Assembly: GCA_016192455.1 (NCBI GenBank) | Contig: JACPUC010000029.1 | Location: forward strand, 1-64,000 | From: Candidatus Tectimicrobiota bacterium | Lineage (GTDB): Bacteria > JACPUC01 | Length of the DNA stretch: 64,000 nt | Direction: 5' to 3' | In this document: positions 22,528-32,051 of the stretch, piece after piece | Position numbering within the stretch: the stretch's first letter is position 1 | Layout: each line of letters starts with the position of its first letter | Made by a program: the position numbers and the translations under genes | The notes under the pieces: model-generated | What the model was told of the DNA's origin: nothing | Seen by the model: the letters and a program-made list of their open reading frames with translations, nothing else | Databases searched by the model: none

Positions 22528-23040
22528 ATGCCAGAGATTCGCCTGACGGTGAACGGCCGGCAAGAGCGCCTGACGGTGAAGAACTCGACGCTGCTGGTCA
22601 ACGCGCTGCGCGACCAGCTCGGCCTCACCGGCGCCCGCGAGGCGTGCGGCGTGGGCATCTGCGGCGCCTGCACGGTGATCGTCAATCGCCGCACCGTCAG
22701 CTCCTGCCTCTCCCTCGCCGTGCTGGCGGATGGGGCGGAGGTGCTCACGGTGGAGGGGCTGAGCGACGGCGACCGCCTGCACCCGCTGCAGCAGGCGTTC
22801 CTGGAGGCCGGCGCCTTCCAGTGCGGCTACTGCACGCCGGGGTTCCTCATGAGCGGCGTGGCGCTCCTGGCCACTGCCGAGGACCCGAGCGAGGAGGAGG
22901 TGCGCCATTTCCTGGTCGGCAACCTCTGCCGCTGCACGAGCTACCAGGAAATCCTCAGCGCCGTCATGAAGATGAAGGAGCAGGCAAGCCCCGATTGGCT
23001 GCAGCCGCGGGGAGGTTTGTCCGCGCGCCCGCCGGCGTAG
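22528..23040 (+). CDS. xanthine dehydrogenase family 2Fe-2S subunit
   Basis: CGVGICGAC, QCGYCTPG and NLCRCT; alternative in-frame start at 22441. Confidence 0.93.
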   Translation: MPEIRLTVNGRQERLTVKNSTLLVNALRDQLGLTGAREACGVGICGACTVIVNRRTVSSCLSLAVLADGAEVLTVEGLSDGDRLHPLQQAFLEAGAFQCGYCTPGFLMSGVALLATAEDPSEEEVRHFLVGNLCRCTSYQEILSAVMKMKEQASPDWLQPRGGLSARPPA

Positions 23041-23082
23041 GGATGGGCGCCGGGCGCGACAGCCGGGAGGCCCGTCTCACGT

Positions 23083-23305
23083 CTCTGCGCTCTCTGTGCC
23101 TCCGCGGTTCAATCAATCGCACCGCGGAGACGCGGAGGAAGTTAAGGGAAACCACTGATAGACACAGATGAACACTGAATATCCGTGTCCATCTGTGTCC
23201 ATCCGTGGTTCTCTTCAACAGCCGGGAAGCCTGTCCTACGCCTCTGCGCTCTCCGCGCCTCCGCGGTGTAATCAATCGCGCTGCCGAGACGCGGAGGACG
23301 CGGAG
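23083..23305. repeat. cluster of nested intergenic inverted repeats
   Basis: Two TCTGCGCTCTC..GCCTCCGCGG / CGCGGAGACGCGGAG pairs around a GACACAGATG / CATCTGTGTC pair; related units near 14645 and 49716-49780. Confidence 0.7.
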
Positions 23306-23328
23306 CAGGTAATAGGGGAGAGAGGCCC

Positions 23329-24126
23329 ATGCCAACGGCGTTGGGAGACGGTGTCCGCATCCACTACCTGGAGCAGGGGAACGGTCCGCTCGTGCTCTTC
23401 CTGCACGGGGTGGGGTCGGGATCGCAGCACTGGCGGGCGCAGCTCGAGGCCCTCGGCGACGCCTTCCACGTGGCGGCGTGGGACGCCCGCGGCTACGGCG
23501 GCTCGGACAACCCGCCGCGGCCGATCACGCAGCGCGACTTCGCCGCCGACGTCAACGCCCTCCTCGATCACTTCGGCGCGGCGCGGGCGCACCTCTGCGG
23601 CTTGTCGATGGGCGGCATGATCGCGCAGATGGTCTACCGCGCCTATCCCCGGCGGGTGCGCAGCCTCATCCTCGCCGACACGCTGCCGGGGTTCGGCAGC
23701 CTGCCGAACAAGGAGGCGGCCCTCGCCGAGCGCCTGCAGGCCATCGACAGCCTGTCGCTCACCGAGGGGGCGCGGCAGCGCACGCCCATGCTCCTCAGGG
23801 ACAATCCCGATCCGCGCATCGTCGAGCTCATGGTCGAGCACATGGCGACCCTGCGGCCACAGCCCTACCGGCAGGCCTGGGTCTCCATGTTCGAGGTGGA
23901 CTACACCGACCTGCTCCCCCAGGTCCGCGTCCCCAGCCTCATCATCTGCGGTCGCGAGGACAAGGTGACGCCGCTGGCCGAGTCGGAGAAGATGCACCGT
24001 CTCATCCCCGGCTCGCGGCTCGTCATCCTCGAGAACGCCGGGCACCTGACGAACCTGGAGCAGCCCGCCGAGTTCAACCGCGTGGTGCGGGAGTTTCTGC
24101 TGGGGGTCGAGGCGAACGCCGGGTAG
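23329..24126 (+). CDS. alpha/beta fold hydrolase (enol-lactonase-like)
   Basis: LFLHG, DARGYGGS, GLSMGG nucleophile elbow, GRED and AGHLTNLE. Confidence 0.92.
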   Translation: MPTALGDGVRIHYLEQGNGPLVLFLHGVGSGSQHWRAQLEALGDAFHVAAWDARGYGGSDNPPRPITQRDFAADVNALLDHFGAARAHLCGLSMGGMIAQMVYRAYPRRVRSLILADTLPGFGSLPNKEAALAERLQAIDSLSLTEGARQRTPMLLRDNPDPRIVELMVEHMATLRPQPYRQAWVSMFEVDYTDLLPQVRVPSLIICGREDKVTPLAESEKMHRLIPGSRLVILENAGHLTNLEQPAEFNRVVREFLLGVEANAG

Positions 24127-24250
24127 GGAGTGGCCTCGCGCTTACCGACGATCAGGAGGGGAGGAAATTGCGAGGAGCACGGTCTCTCTCTCGCGCCCCT
24201 CACCCCGGGCCCCTCTCCCAATGGGAGAGGGAACGGGTGAGGGAGGGGTA

Positions 24251-24430
24251 GGGGAGCACGGGTCCTCCGCAAGCGGCTCCCCATGGGGCGTTGCTCGCTG
24301 TATTGGCAAGGGGCTTATGAGTGACCCATGCTCCCCCATAGCCCCATCCCGTAGGGGCGGTTCGCGAACCGCCCCTACAAGGCGGGGTGCGAGAGGGGAC
24401 AAGGTTCCCTCGCAGACCTAGGCGCCGGGC
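24251..24430. repeat. composite REP-containing repeat, copy 1
   Basis: Shared with 31281-31480 and 48924-49090; 28-bp palindromic core at 24351-24378. Confidence 0.9.
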
Positions 24431-24505
24431 GTCGTGCCTTGGACTGTGAGAGGGGCAGGGGTGTGATTCGTCTTACGCCTCCCCGCCCGTGATGCAGCTC
24501 GCGCC

Positions 24506-24700
24506 TCAGCCCGTCTCGACGACGTTATCTTCCATCCATTGGCGCACATCCGCAAGGCGGTAGCGCACCGGCAGGGCAGGTGGGAGAGGAAGCAACCGAT
24601 GGAGTGCTCCTTGGCCACTCATGCGGATGCGTTGCCGCAAGGCGGACAGTGGTGTGGCTTGTGTCCCCTCATTCGTCAGCAGTATAGTGGGGACCGGAAT
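24506..24700 (-). pseudogene. possible degenerate excisionase/AlpA-like HTH remnant
   Basis: Hand translation ...LLTNE...RMSGQG...VRYRLADVRQWMEDNVVETG*; no clear start. Confidence 0.35.
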
Positions 24701-24873
24701 TCACCATGCATCTTGTCTTGGCGATCCGGGGCGTGGCCGTGGCGGGGAACCCGGGAGAGCGGACGGTTGTGTTACTGTGCCTGAGCGTCGGCTCGTCCCC
24801 ATGTAAACCTGGAGGGATTGTGAGTAGCCGTTGATTCGTTGCGACGTCTCACCTGTCGAGGACGTGCTGTCCC

Positions 24874-25878
24874 ATGTACGTCTATATCGCCAAGCGCGTC
24901 GTGCAGATGATACCGGTGTTGTTCGGGGTCACCTTTATCATCTTTTTCCTCCTCCACCTGCTGCCTGGTAATCCCGCCGAAGTGCTCCTTGGTCCGGATG
25001 CGACGGACGAACAGGTGCGTGAGATGGAGCATGCCCTCGGCCTCGACCAGCCCCTCTACGCGCAATACGGGAAGTTCATCGGCAGACTTCTGCGGGGAAA
25101 TCTCGGCGAATCGATCCGTTTCAGGCGTCCGGTCACGGAACTCCTCAGAGAGAAGTTCCCGGTCACGATTGAGCTGACCGCGGCGGCGATGATGGTCATC
25201 ATCGTGATCTCGCTGCCGGTCGGCATTGCCTGCGCGGTGCGCCGCGACTCGATCTTCGATCATCTCGGCATGGCGGCGTCGATCGCCGGCGTTTCGATCG
25301 CCAATTTTTGGCTGGGGATCATGGCCATCCTGCTCTTTGCGGGGGCGCTGGGCGTCCTTCCCTCGGGCGGCCGCATCAGCAGTGACGTCGCCATCTACGG
25401 CCTGACCGGGTTCTATTTCCTTGACTACGTCATGAAGGGGGATTGGTATGGCCTCGTCGATGCCTTCAAGCACATCCTCATGCCGGCCTTGACGCTGGGG
25501 ATCGGCTTTTCCGCCATTTCGGTGCGCATCGTCCGCGCCAGCATGCTGGAGGTACTGGCGCGCGAGTACATTGTGACCGCGCGCTCCAAGGGACTGGCCG
25601 AGAAGGTGGTGGTCTACATCCACGCACTGAAGAACGCCATGATTCCCATCATCACGGTCATCGGGCTGCAGCTCGGCATCCTGCTCGGCGGGGTCATCGT
25701 CGTCGAGACCGTGTTCTCGTGGCCGGGAATCGGCAGCCTGTTGATTACCGGCATCACCTCCAGGGATTACGTCCTCGTGCAGGGCGCGGTGTTATTCTTC
25801 GCGTTTCTGCGCATCGGCATCAATCTGCTGACGGACCTCAGCTACGCCCTGCTGGATCCTCGCATCAAGTATCATTGA
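24874..25878 (+). CDS. peptide/nickel ABC transporter permease (DppB-like)
   Basis: LPGNPA, GLDQPLYAQY, TARSKGL and HALKNA motifs. Confidence 0.95.
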   Translation: MYVYIAKRVVQMIPVLFGVTFIIFFLLHLLPGNPAEVLLGPDATDEQVREMEHALGLDQPLYAQYGKFIGRLLRGNLGESIRFRRPVTELLREKFPVTIELTAAAMMVIIVISLPVGIACAVRRDSIFDHLGMAASIAGVSIANFWLGIMAILLFAGALGVLPSGGRISSDVAIYGLTGFYFLDYVMKGDWYGLVDAFKHILMPALTLGIGFSAISVRIVRASMLEVLAREYIVTARSKGLAEKVVVYIHALKNAMIPIITVIGLQLGILLGGVIVVETVFSWPGIGSLLITGITSRDYVLVQGAVLFFAFLRIGINLLTDLSYALLDPRIKYH

Positions 25879-25893
25879 CGGGCCGGACTATGG

Positions 25894-26763
25894 ATGCGCC
25901 GCATGAAGACCGACAGCCTTGAACTGCTCCGCCGCATCGTCGCAAATCTGAAATGCCTGTTCGGAGGCTCAGCCTTCCTGCTCATCTTCCTGATCGCCGT
26001 TTGTGCGCCCTTCATTTCTCCCTTCGATCCCCTCGAGCAACACCTGCTCGATACCCTGCGGCCGCCGGGATTCACCAACGCGGCGGCTTCGACCTACCTT
26101 TTGGGAACCGATAACTTGGGCCGAGATGTCTTGAGTCGGCTGATCCATGGATCGCGGATTTCGATTCTGATCGGGGTTGCGACCGTTGGCGTGGCCGGCA
26201 GCGTTGGGGTGCTCCTGGGGATCATCTCCGGGTACTACCGCCGCATCGTGGACGAACTCATCATGCGCCTCGTGGACGTGACGCTGTCCTTCCCGACGAT
26301 TCTCCTGGCGCTGGCGATCATGGCGTTCCTGGGCTTCGGCCTCGTGAACCTCATCATCTCCCTCACGGTGACGCGCTGGCTGACCTTCTGCCGCGTCGTG
26401 CGCGCCACCACCTTGTCGCTGATGGGGCACGACTTCATCGAAGCCGCCAGGGCCATGGGGGCCACCGACCTGCGCATCATGCTGCGGGAAATCCTGCCGA
26501 ACTGCTTGGCGCCGATCCTGGTCATCGCCACGTTCGAGATGGCGTTGGTGATCATTTTCGAAGCCTCCTTGAGTTTCCTCGGCATCGGCGTCGAGCCCGG
26601 CACGCCGAGCTGGGGCGGCATGCTCAACGAGGGCCGCAACTACATGATGCAGAACTGGTGGCTCGCCACCTTTCCGGGCGCCGCCATCTTTGTCTGCGTG
26701 CTCTCCATCAACCTGTTGGGAGACGGGCTGCGCGATACGCTCGATCCGAGACTGAAGCGGTAG
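25894..26763 (+). CDS. peptide/nickel ABC transporter permease (DppC-like)
   Basis: LGTDNLGRD, EAARAMGA and GDGLRDTLDP motifs. Confidence 0.95.
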   Translation: MRRMKTDSLELLRRIVANLKCLFGGSAFLLIFLIAVCAPFISPFDPLEQHLLDTLRPPGFTNAAASTYLLGTDNLGRDVLSRLIHGSRISILIGVATVGVAGSVGVLLGIISGYYRRIVDELIMRLVDVTLSFPTILLALAIMAFLGFGLVNLIISLTVTRWLTFCRVVRATTLSLMGHDFIEAARAMGATDLRIMLREILPNCLAPILVIATFEMALVIIFEASLSFLGIGVEPGTPSWGGMLNEGRNYMMQNWWLATFPGAAIFVCVLSINLLGDGLRDTLDPRLKR

Positions 26764-26798
26764 GCTGTAGGTTGGGACTCTGCAGAAGGAGAACGAAC

Positions 26799-27842
26799 AT
26801 GGCCGATTCCGTCATGGCGATCGCGATCCAGAGTAACGTCACGATGGTGGATTCCACGGCTTCGAAGGAGACCATCAAGAAAACCATCCGCGACAACTTG
26901 AAGCGCGCCTGTCAGCTCGTTGACTGGGCGGCGCGGTTCCGCTACCCCGGCCTGGTGGACATGCCGAAGCTGGTGGTGCTGCCGGAATCCTTCCTGCACG
27001 CCTTCCCGCGCTCGGAGGGGGCGCAGGTCACGAACATGATGAAGGTCGGCATCTCGATTCCCGGCGAGGAGACCGAGGTGCTGGCGAAAACGGCGCGCGA
27101 CAACAACGCCTACCTCTGCGCCACCTCGTACGAGGTCGATGAGGAGTGGCCCGGCCGCTACTTCAATTGCTCCTTCATCCTCGATCCCCAGGGGCAGATC
27201 ATCGTGAAGTACCGGAAGATCATGTGCGGCATGATCGAGACCGGCTGCAGCCCGCACGACATCCTGGACGCCTACGTCGAGCGCTACGGCTACGACGCGC
27301 TGTTCCCCGTGGTGGACACGCCGATCGGCAAGCTGGGCACCTTCATCTGCGCCGATGGCCTCTTCGGGCCCGAGGTGGCGCGCTGCCTGGCGATGAACGG
27401 CGCCGAGATTCTCTGCTACCCGATCAGCACCACCAGCTCCGACCACCACCTCTACCACCTGGTGGCGCGTATGCGGGCCCTCGATACCACCTGCTACCTG
27501 GTGTCGGCCAACCTCGGCTCCACCTTCGCCAAGGAGCGCGCCGAGCAGACCGGCGGCGAGTCCCTCATCGTCGATTTCGAGGGACGGGTTCTGACGCAGG
27601 CGACGGCGCTGGGCGAGACCACAATCAGCACCACCCTCCACCTCGACGCGCTGCGCCGCAGCCGGCGGGCCATCGCCTGCCTGCGGGCCGAAGCCTACGC
27701 CCCCATGTATCAGCGCACCTTCTTCAAGGCCAACCGCTTCCTGCACACGCCCGAGCAGGAGTTGGACGATGAGGTGCGCGCCACCCGCGAGACCCTGGAG
27801 GACCTCTACGAGCGCGGCCTCCTGGTGCGGCCCCGCTCCTGA
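26799..27842 (+). CDS. nitrilase-superfamily carbon-nitrogen hydrolase
   Basis: E-K-C triad in LPES, YRK and ICAD; AAGGAG RBS. Confidence 0.9.
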   Translation: MADSVMAIAIQSNVTMVDSTASKETIKKTIRDNLKRACQLVDWAARFRYPGLVDMPKLVVLPESFLHAFPRSEGAQVTNMMKVGISIPGEETEVLAKTARDNNAYLCATSYEVDEEWPGRYFNCSFILDPQGQIIVKYRKIMCGMIETGCSPHDILDAYVERYGYDALFPVVDTPIGKLGTFICADGLFGPEVARCLAMNGAEILCYPISTTSSDHHLYHLVARMRALDTTCYLVSANLGSTFAKERAEQTGGESLIVDFEGRVLTQATALGETTISTTLHLDALRRSRRAIACLRAEAYAPMYQRTFFKANRFLHTPEQELDDEVRATRETLEDLYERGLLVRPRS

Positions 27843-27921
27843 GGAGGCGGCCGGCGCGGCGCCACGGCCGCGCCGGCGGCGTCAACAACCGCTCACGGGC
27901 GCAGTGACGAAGGAGTCTCCC

Positions 27922-29037
27922 ATGGGCACCGGTATCGAACCGTATCAAGTGTTCGCCTGTCAGCACGAGATCCTCCCCGCCAGAGTCGGCGGCCGCTTCA
28001 AGGAGAACATCAAGAAGAATCTCGAGCACTACTGTGATCTCATCGACTACTGCCACGGCACGTTCTTCTCCGTGCTGGGTCCCGTTCGGCTCATCACCTT
28101 CGGAGAGTTTTCGCTGACCGGCATTTATTGGGCCTGTAATCGCGGCGAAAAAACCCTCAACAATGCCGAAGTCATCCAACATCTCGCCATCAGGATTCCC
28201 GGCGAAGAAACCGAGGTCTTGGCGGCGAAGGCGAAAGAGCACCACTGCTACATCGCCGCCGCCAACCTCGAGTACGACCCAGCCTGGCCCGACTTCCATT
28301 TCAACTGCGGCTTCCTGATCAACCCGAAAGGGAAGATCATCCTGAAGTATCGCAAGGTCACCACCTCCAACCAGCCGGTGGAGTTCGGGTGCAGTCCGCA
28401 CGATATCCTCGATGTCTACAAGAATCCGCTCACCGGGGTATTCGATCCCTTCCCCGTGGTCGACACCGAAATCGGCAGACTCGGCATGATGATCTGCGGC
28501 GATCTCAGGGCTCCGGAAATCCCGCGCATTTACTCCCTCAAGGGCGTCGATCTGCTCATCCGTTCAACCTCTGGATACAGCGACGCCATGTCGGGGTTCT
28601 TTCCCGAAGGGTTGGTGGAAGATACGCTTCGGGTTCGAGCGTACGACAATGCCCTCTACTTCGTGAACTGCAACCGTGGCCCGGAGGTGGAGAGTATCGT
28701 TCCCAGGGGGCGCTGCGGTGGCGGTACGATGATCGTCGATTACCTGGGAAACGTTCTGGTGCGAACGAAGGATGCGAATGAAGTCGCCGTTCGCGCCGGC
28801 GTCGACATCGAGGCCTGCAGGAGGTTCAGGCAGACCTACTTTGCCAATCCCGTCACCATGGTGCGGTCGGAGCTCTTCGCCCCGTACTATGCCAAACCAA
28901 TCTATCCAGCGAACACCTTCAGCACCGGCGGGCCGATTGAGGATCTCCTGGATGAGCGGCATCTGCAGATCTACGCTCAGGCCGTAGCGAATATGCAAAA
29001 GGGGTACGACTTCTATAGCGAGGAATCGGTGGCGTGA
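27922..29037 (+). CDS. nitrilase-superfamily carbon-nitrogen hydrolase (paralog)
   Basis: FGEF, YRK and ICGD; shares IPGEETEVLA and GCSPHDILD with the upstream paralog. Confidence 0.9.
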   Translation: MGTGIEPYQVFACQHEILPARVGGRFKENIKKNLEHYCDLIDYCHGTFFSVLGPVRLITFGEFSLTGIYWACNRGEKTLNNAEVIQHLAIRIPGEETEVLAAKAKEHHCYIAAANLEYDPAWPDFHFNCGFLINPKGKIILKYRKVTTSNQPVEFGCSPHDILDVYKNPLTGVFDPFPVVDTEIGRLGMMICGDLRAPEIPRIYSLKGVDLLIRSTSGYSDAMSGFFPEGLVEDTLRVRAYDNALYFVNCNRGPEVESIVPRGRCGGGTMIVDYLGNVLVRTKDANEVAVRAGVDIEACRRFRQTYFANPVTMVRSELFAPYYAKPIYPANTFSTGGPIEDLLDERHLQIYAQAVANMQKGYDFYSEESVA

Positions 29038-29306
29038 GAGGAGCGCCGCCCGCCGCTGGCCGGCATCGACCGGCGGCAGGGATCGCCTCCCGCGTGCTGC
29101 TCGGCGCCTCGGGGAAGCCCCGTCCGCGACGCAGCGGCGCGGACGCCGGGGGAGTCCCTCGAGGCCAGGGGTGAACGACGCCGCGGTGGGCGGTAATGGG
29201 ATGGCGGGGAGGGGAGCATCGGGTTAGGCTGAGTTCCGCACCCCAGCGCTTGTTGCCGCTGGGTGATGACGATGACCACGGGCGCGCGTTGAAGGGAGGA
29301 GAAGCG

Positions 29307-30917
29307 ATGCACGGAGAAACCACCTTCGCAATCAAAGGAAGCGGGCTGAAGCGGCGGGAGTTCCTGAAATTCAGCGTGGCGGCCGGAGCCGCCCTCGGCG
29401 CCGGCGCGCTGCTAGGCCATCCGCTGGTCACCGAGGTGTTGGCTCAGAAGAAGCGCGAGATCACCATCGCCATCAGCGAAGAGATCGAGTCCCTGTGGCC
29501 GAACGCCCATATCCCAACCAGCCCTGTTCCCATCGTGCTGGACTCCATCTTTGACAACCTCGTTTACATCGGCTCGTGTGCCCAAGGCGCCCCCAAGCTC
29601 GCCGCGGGACTGGCTGAATCGTGGCAGTTCAAGGGTCAGGAATGGCTCATCAAGATCAGGCGGGGTGTGAAGTTTCACGACGGAGAGGAGCTTGCCGCCG
29701 CCGCGGTCGTCCAGAGCCTCAATGAGGCCCGGGACAAGAAATCGCGCATGAGTGGTTCCCTGGTGCTGATCGACACCGTGGAGGCGGTGGACGATGTTAC
29801 CGTGCGCCTTGTCACCAAGCGTCCCCTTGCCCAGCAGATCTGGGGGTTGACCTGGATCTGCATGATAAGTCCGGCGGCGCTGCAACGCTACGGAGCGGAG
29901 ATCAGCAAGCACGCGGTGGGGACCGGGCTGTTCCGTCAGGTGGAGTGGATTCCCGGCGAACGGTTGGTCGTTGAACGAGTGCCGGATTGGTGGGGGTTCA
30001 AGGTTGCGGGCGATCTTCCCTTTAACAAGAAAAACAATATCGAGCGCATCACCTGGCGCACCATCAAAGAACCCGTGGCGCTGCTTACGGCGCTGGAGGC
30101 CGGGGAGATCGACGTCGCTCAGTATGTCCTGCCGCACGAGGTCGATCGGCTGCGCAAGAAAAAGGACATTCAGGTTGCGGAGGTCAAGCATACCCGCACC
30201 GGTCTGTTGATCATGAACCAGCGCATCAAGCCCTTCGACGATGTGCGTGTGCGACAAGCCATCAATTACGGCGTGAACTGGGACTTGATCAACAAACAAC
30301 TGCTGCAAGGCAAGGTGGATAACTCCTTTGGGCCGCTGCTGCCGGGGCAGGTTGGCTACGATGGGACGTTGCAACCCTATCCCTATGATCCGACGAAGGC
30401 CAAGGCGCTGTTGGCCGCCGCGGGCTACGCGCAGAAGGAGCTCGAGCTTGAAATCTTCGCCACCCGCAGTGCGGTCGAGTTAAAACGTGTGGAAATTTGC
30501 CAAGCGATTTCCCAGCAACTCAAGAAGATCGGCATCAATCTCAAGGTGCGCGAGGTGGAGTACGGCTTCTTCCTGCGTGGCTATTTCCGCAACACCCTGC
30601 CGTTCTACATCTTCGCTTACACAACCTACCCTGATCCCTGGCAGTACTTCCTGCAGTTTATCTACAGCAAAGGCGAGGGGAGGACCGGCTACAACAACCC
30701 CAAGGTGGATGCGCTCTTCGAGCAAGCCATGGGCGCCCTCGACGCTGAGGCGCGGGGCAAGCTGTACAAGGAAGCCCTCGCAATCGCCCGGGAAGACGCG
30801 GTGCTGGTCTGGCGCTCGGCCCTCAACGATTTTCGCGGCACCCGCAGCAACCTCGAGTATGCGCCGCGCTGCCTGGACAACTACCTGCGTTCCCACTTGC
30901 TGGCAATGCGGACGTAA
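29307..30917 (+). CDS. ABC transporter substrate-binding protein family 5 (DppA-like), Tat-exported
   Basis: KRREFLK Tat motif; LAESW, GVKFHDG and PFDDVRVRQA. Confidence 0.93.
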   Translation: MHGETTFAIKGSGLKRREFLKFSVAAGAALGAGALLGHPLVTEVLAQKKREITIAISEEIESLWPNAHIPTSPVPIVLDSIFDNLVYIGSCAQGAPKLAAGLAESWQFKGQEWLIKIRRGVKFHDGEELAAAAVVQSLNEARDKKSRMSGSLVLIDTVEAVDDVTVRLVTKRPLAQQIWGLTWICMISPAALQRYGAEISKHAVGTGLFRQVEWIPGERLVVERVPDWWGFKVAGDLPFNKKNNIERITWRTIKEPVALLTALEAGEIDVAQYVLPHEVDRLRKKKDIQVAEVKHTRTGLLIMNQRIKPFDDVRVRQAINYGVNWDLINKQLLQGKVDNSFGPLLPGQVGYDGTLQPYPYDPTKAKALLAAAGYAQKELELEIFATRSAVELKRVEICQAISQQLKKIGINLKVREVEYGFFLRGYFRNTLPFYIFAYTTYPDPWQYFLQFIYSKGEGRTGYNNPKVDALFEQAMGALDAEARGKLYKEALAIAREDAVLVWRSALNDFRGTRSNLEYAPRCLDNYLRSHLLAMRT

Positions 30918-31200
30918 GGTCGAAGCATCTCCACGAGGAGGGAGAGGAACAGGTGCGCGAGGTGCCTTGTTTCTCTCCCGCGTGCGCCAAAACGCGCCGC
31001 GGTGGGCAGGCTCCTTCTCTCCGAGAGTGGCCGCGCTCCCATCTTTCACTGGCACAGATTCGCGCGAGCAGTCCCATTTTTTCCCAACGTGTGCAAGATT
31101 CTGTGCCAGTTCTTTCCGCCGCCTGGTGGTCTCCGCATCTCCAATCATCTCCCTCCAGCGTCGGCTCTTGAACAACCCCGCTTAGCCCTTCTCCTAACGA

Positions 31201-31225
31201 AACAAGGGGATACCTGCGTATCCCC
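31201..31225 (-). terminator. possible intrinsic terminator
   Basis: Perfect 8-bp stem GGGGATAC-N4-GTATCCCC (31206-31225) followed on the minus strand by TTGTTT. Confidence 0.4.
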
Positions 31226-31280
31226 CTGCCACGTCGAGACTTATGAGCTAAGGTCGAGCTGGTTCTTCGTCTATCTACGT

Positions 31281-31480
31281 GGGAGCATGGGTCCGCCACA
31301 CGCCGCTCCCCATGCGGCGTTGCTCGCTGGATTGGCAAGGGGCTTATGAGGGACCCATGCTCCCCCACACCCCCCATCCCGTAGGGGCGGTTCGCGAACC
31401 GCCCCTACAAGGCGGGGTGCGCGAGGGGACACGGTTCCCTCGCAGACGTAGGTGCCGGGCGGGGCAAGCCCCGCCCCTAC
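31281..31480. repeat. composite REP-containing repeat, copy 2
   Basis: 14-bp stem GGGAGCATGGGTCC/GGACCCATGCTCCC; REP core at 31381-31408; second REP half ending CCCCTAC. Confidence 0.9.
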
Positions 31481-31557
31481 GATCCGCTCCTACGGAGTGC
31501 GCGGAGGAGACAACGTCCCCTGTCAGAATTACGTGTTGGAACTTATGGGACACGGTA

Positions 31558-31881
31558 CTAGGCCGGCGGTTTGAACTGGGAGAAGAGCTGTCGATTCACG
31601 TAGACCAGGGTGTTCACTCCTTCGCGCAGGATTTCCACCTCGCATGCCCTGCCGCGCGGCTCCTGGAGTTTGAGGTAGACATACGCGTCGCTCACCTCCA
31701 GTTCGCGGAGCTGCGCTTCGGCCAAGCGAAACGGCGGCGGCTCGAGCTGGACGAGGGGCAGTCCCTGCACGAGGTGCTGGCCGCTGATGGTGACCTCCTC
31801 GACCTTGCCGCGCAGCTCCATGCTGAGGCGCAGGGCATCGCCCGCGGCGAAGGAGTAGCGGATGGTCACATTGTCGCGCAT
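31558..31881 (-). CDS. hypothetical protein
   Basis: 107-aa ORF with GC3-biased codons and protein-like composition. Confidence 0.6.
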   Translation of the reverse strand: MRDNVTIRYSFAAGDALRLSMELRGKVEEVTISGQHLVQGLPLVQLEPPPFRLAEAQLRELEVSDAYVYLKLQEPRGRACEVEILREGVNTLVYVNRQLFSQFKPPA

Positions 31882-32051
31882 CGGTGCCGACTCGCTCTGC
31901 GTGCTGGTCGCCGCGCGGCGCTACCGGGGGGGTCCGGGTAGCTCTTCTCGCCCCGCCACGGGGTGCGGCCTCGTGCGCGAGAAAGGGGGCGGGGCACCCT
32001 CGCCCCACCCCTGGCGCGTTCGGCGGAACCCTCGGCTCCGCCGGGTGGCGC

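Noticed and set aside
19045-23040. Aerobic CO dehydrogenase (form I coxL)
   Set aside because: The active-site loop reads GSLRGLG, not AYxCSFR; this is a generic Mo-hydroxylase.
31048-31110. Sigma54 promoter (TGGCACAGAATCTTGC on the minus strand) and an 11-bp inverted repeat
   Set aside because: GG-to-GC spacing is 11 nt rather than 10, and no gene start lies downstream.
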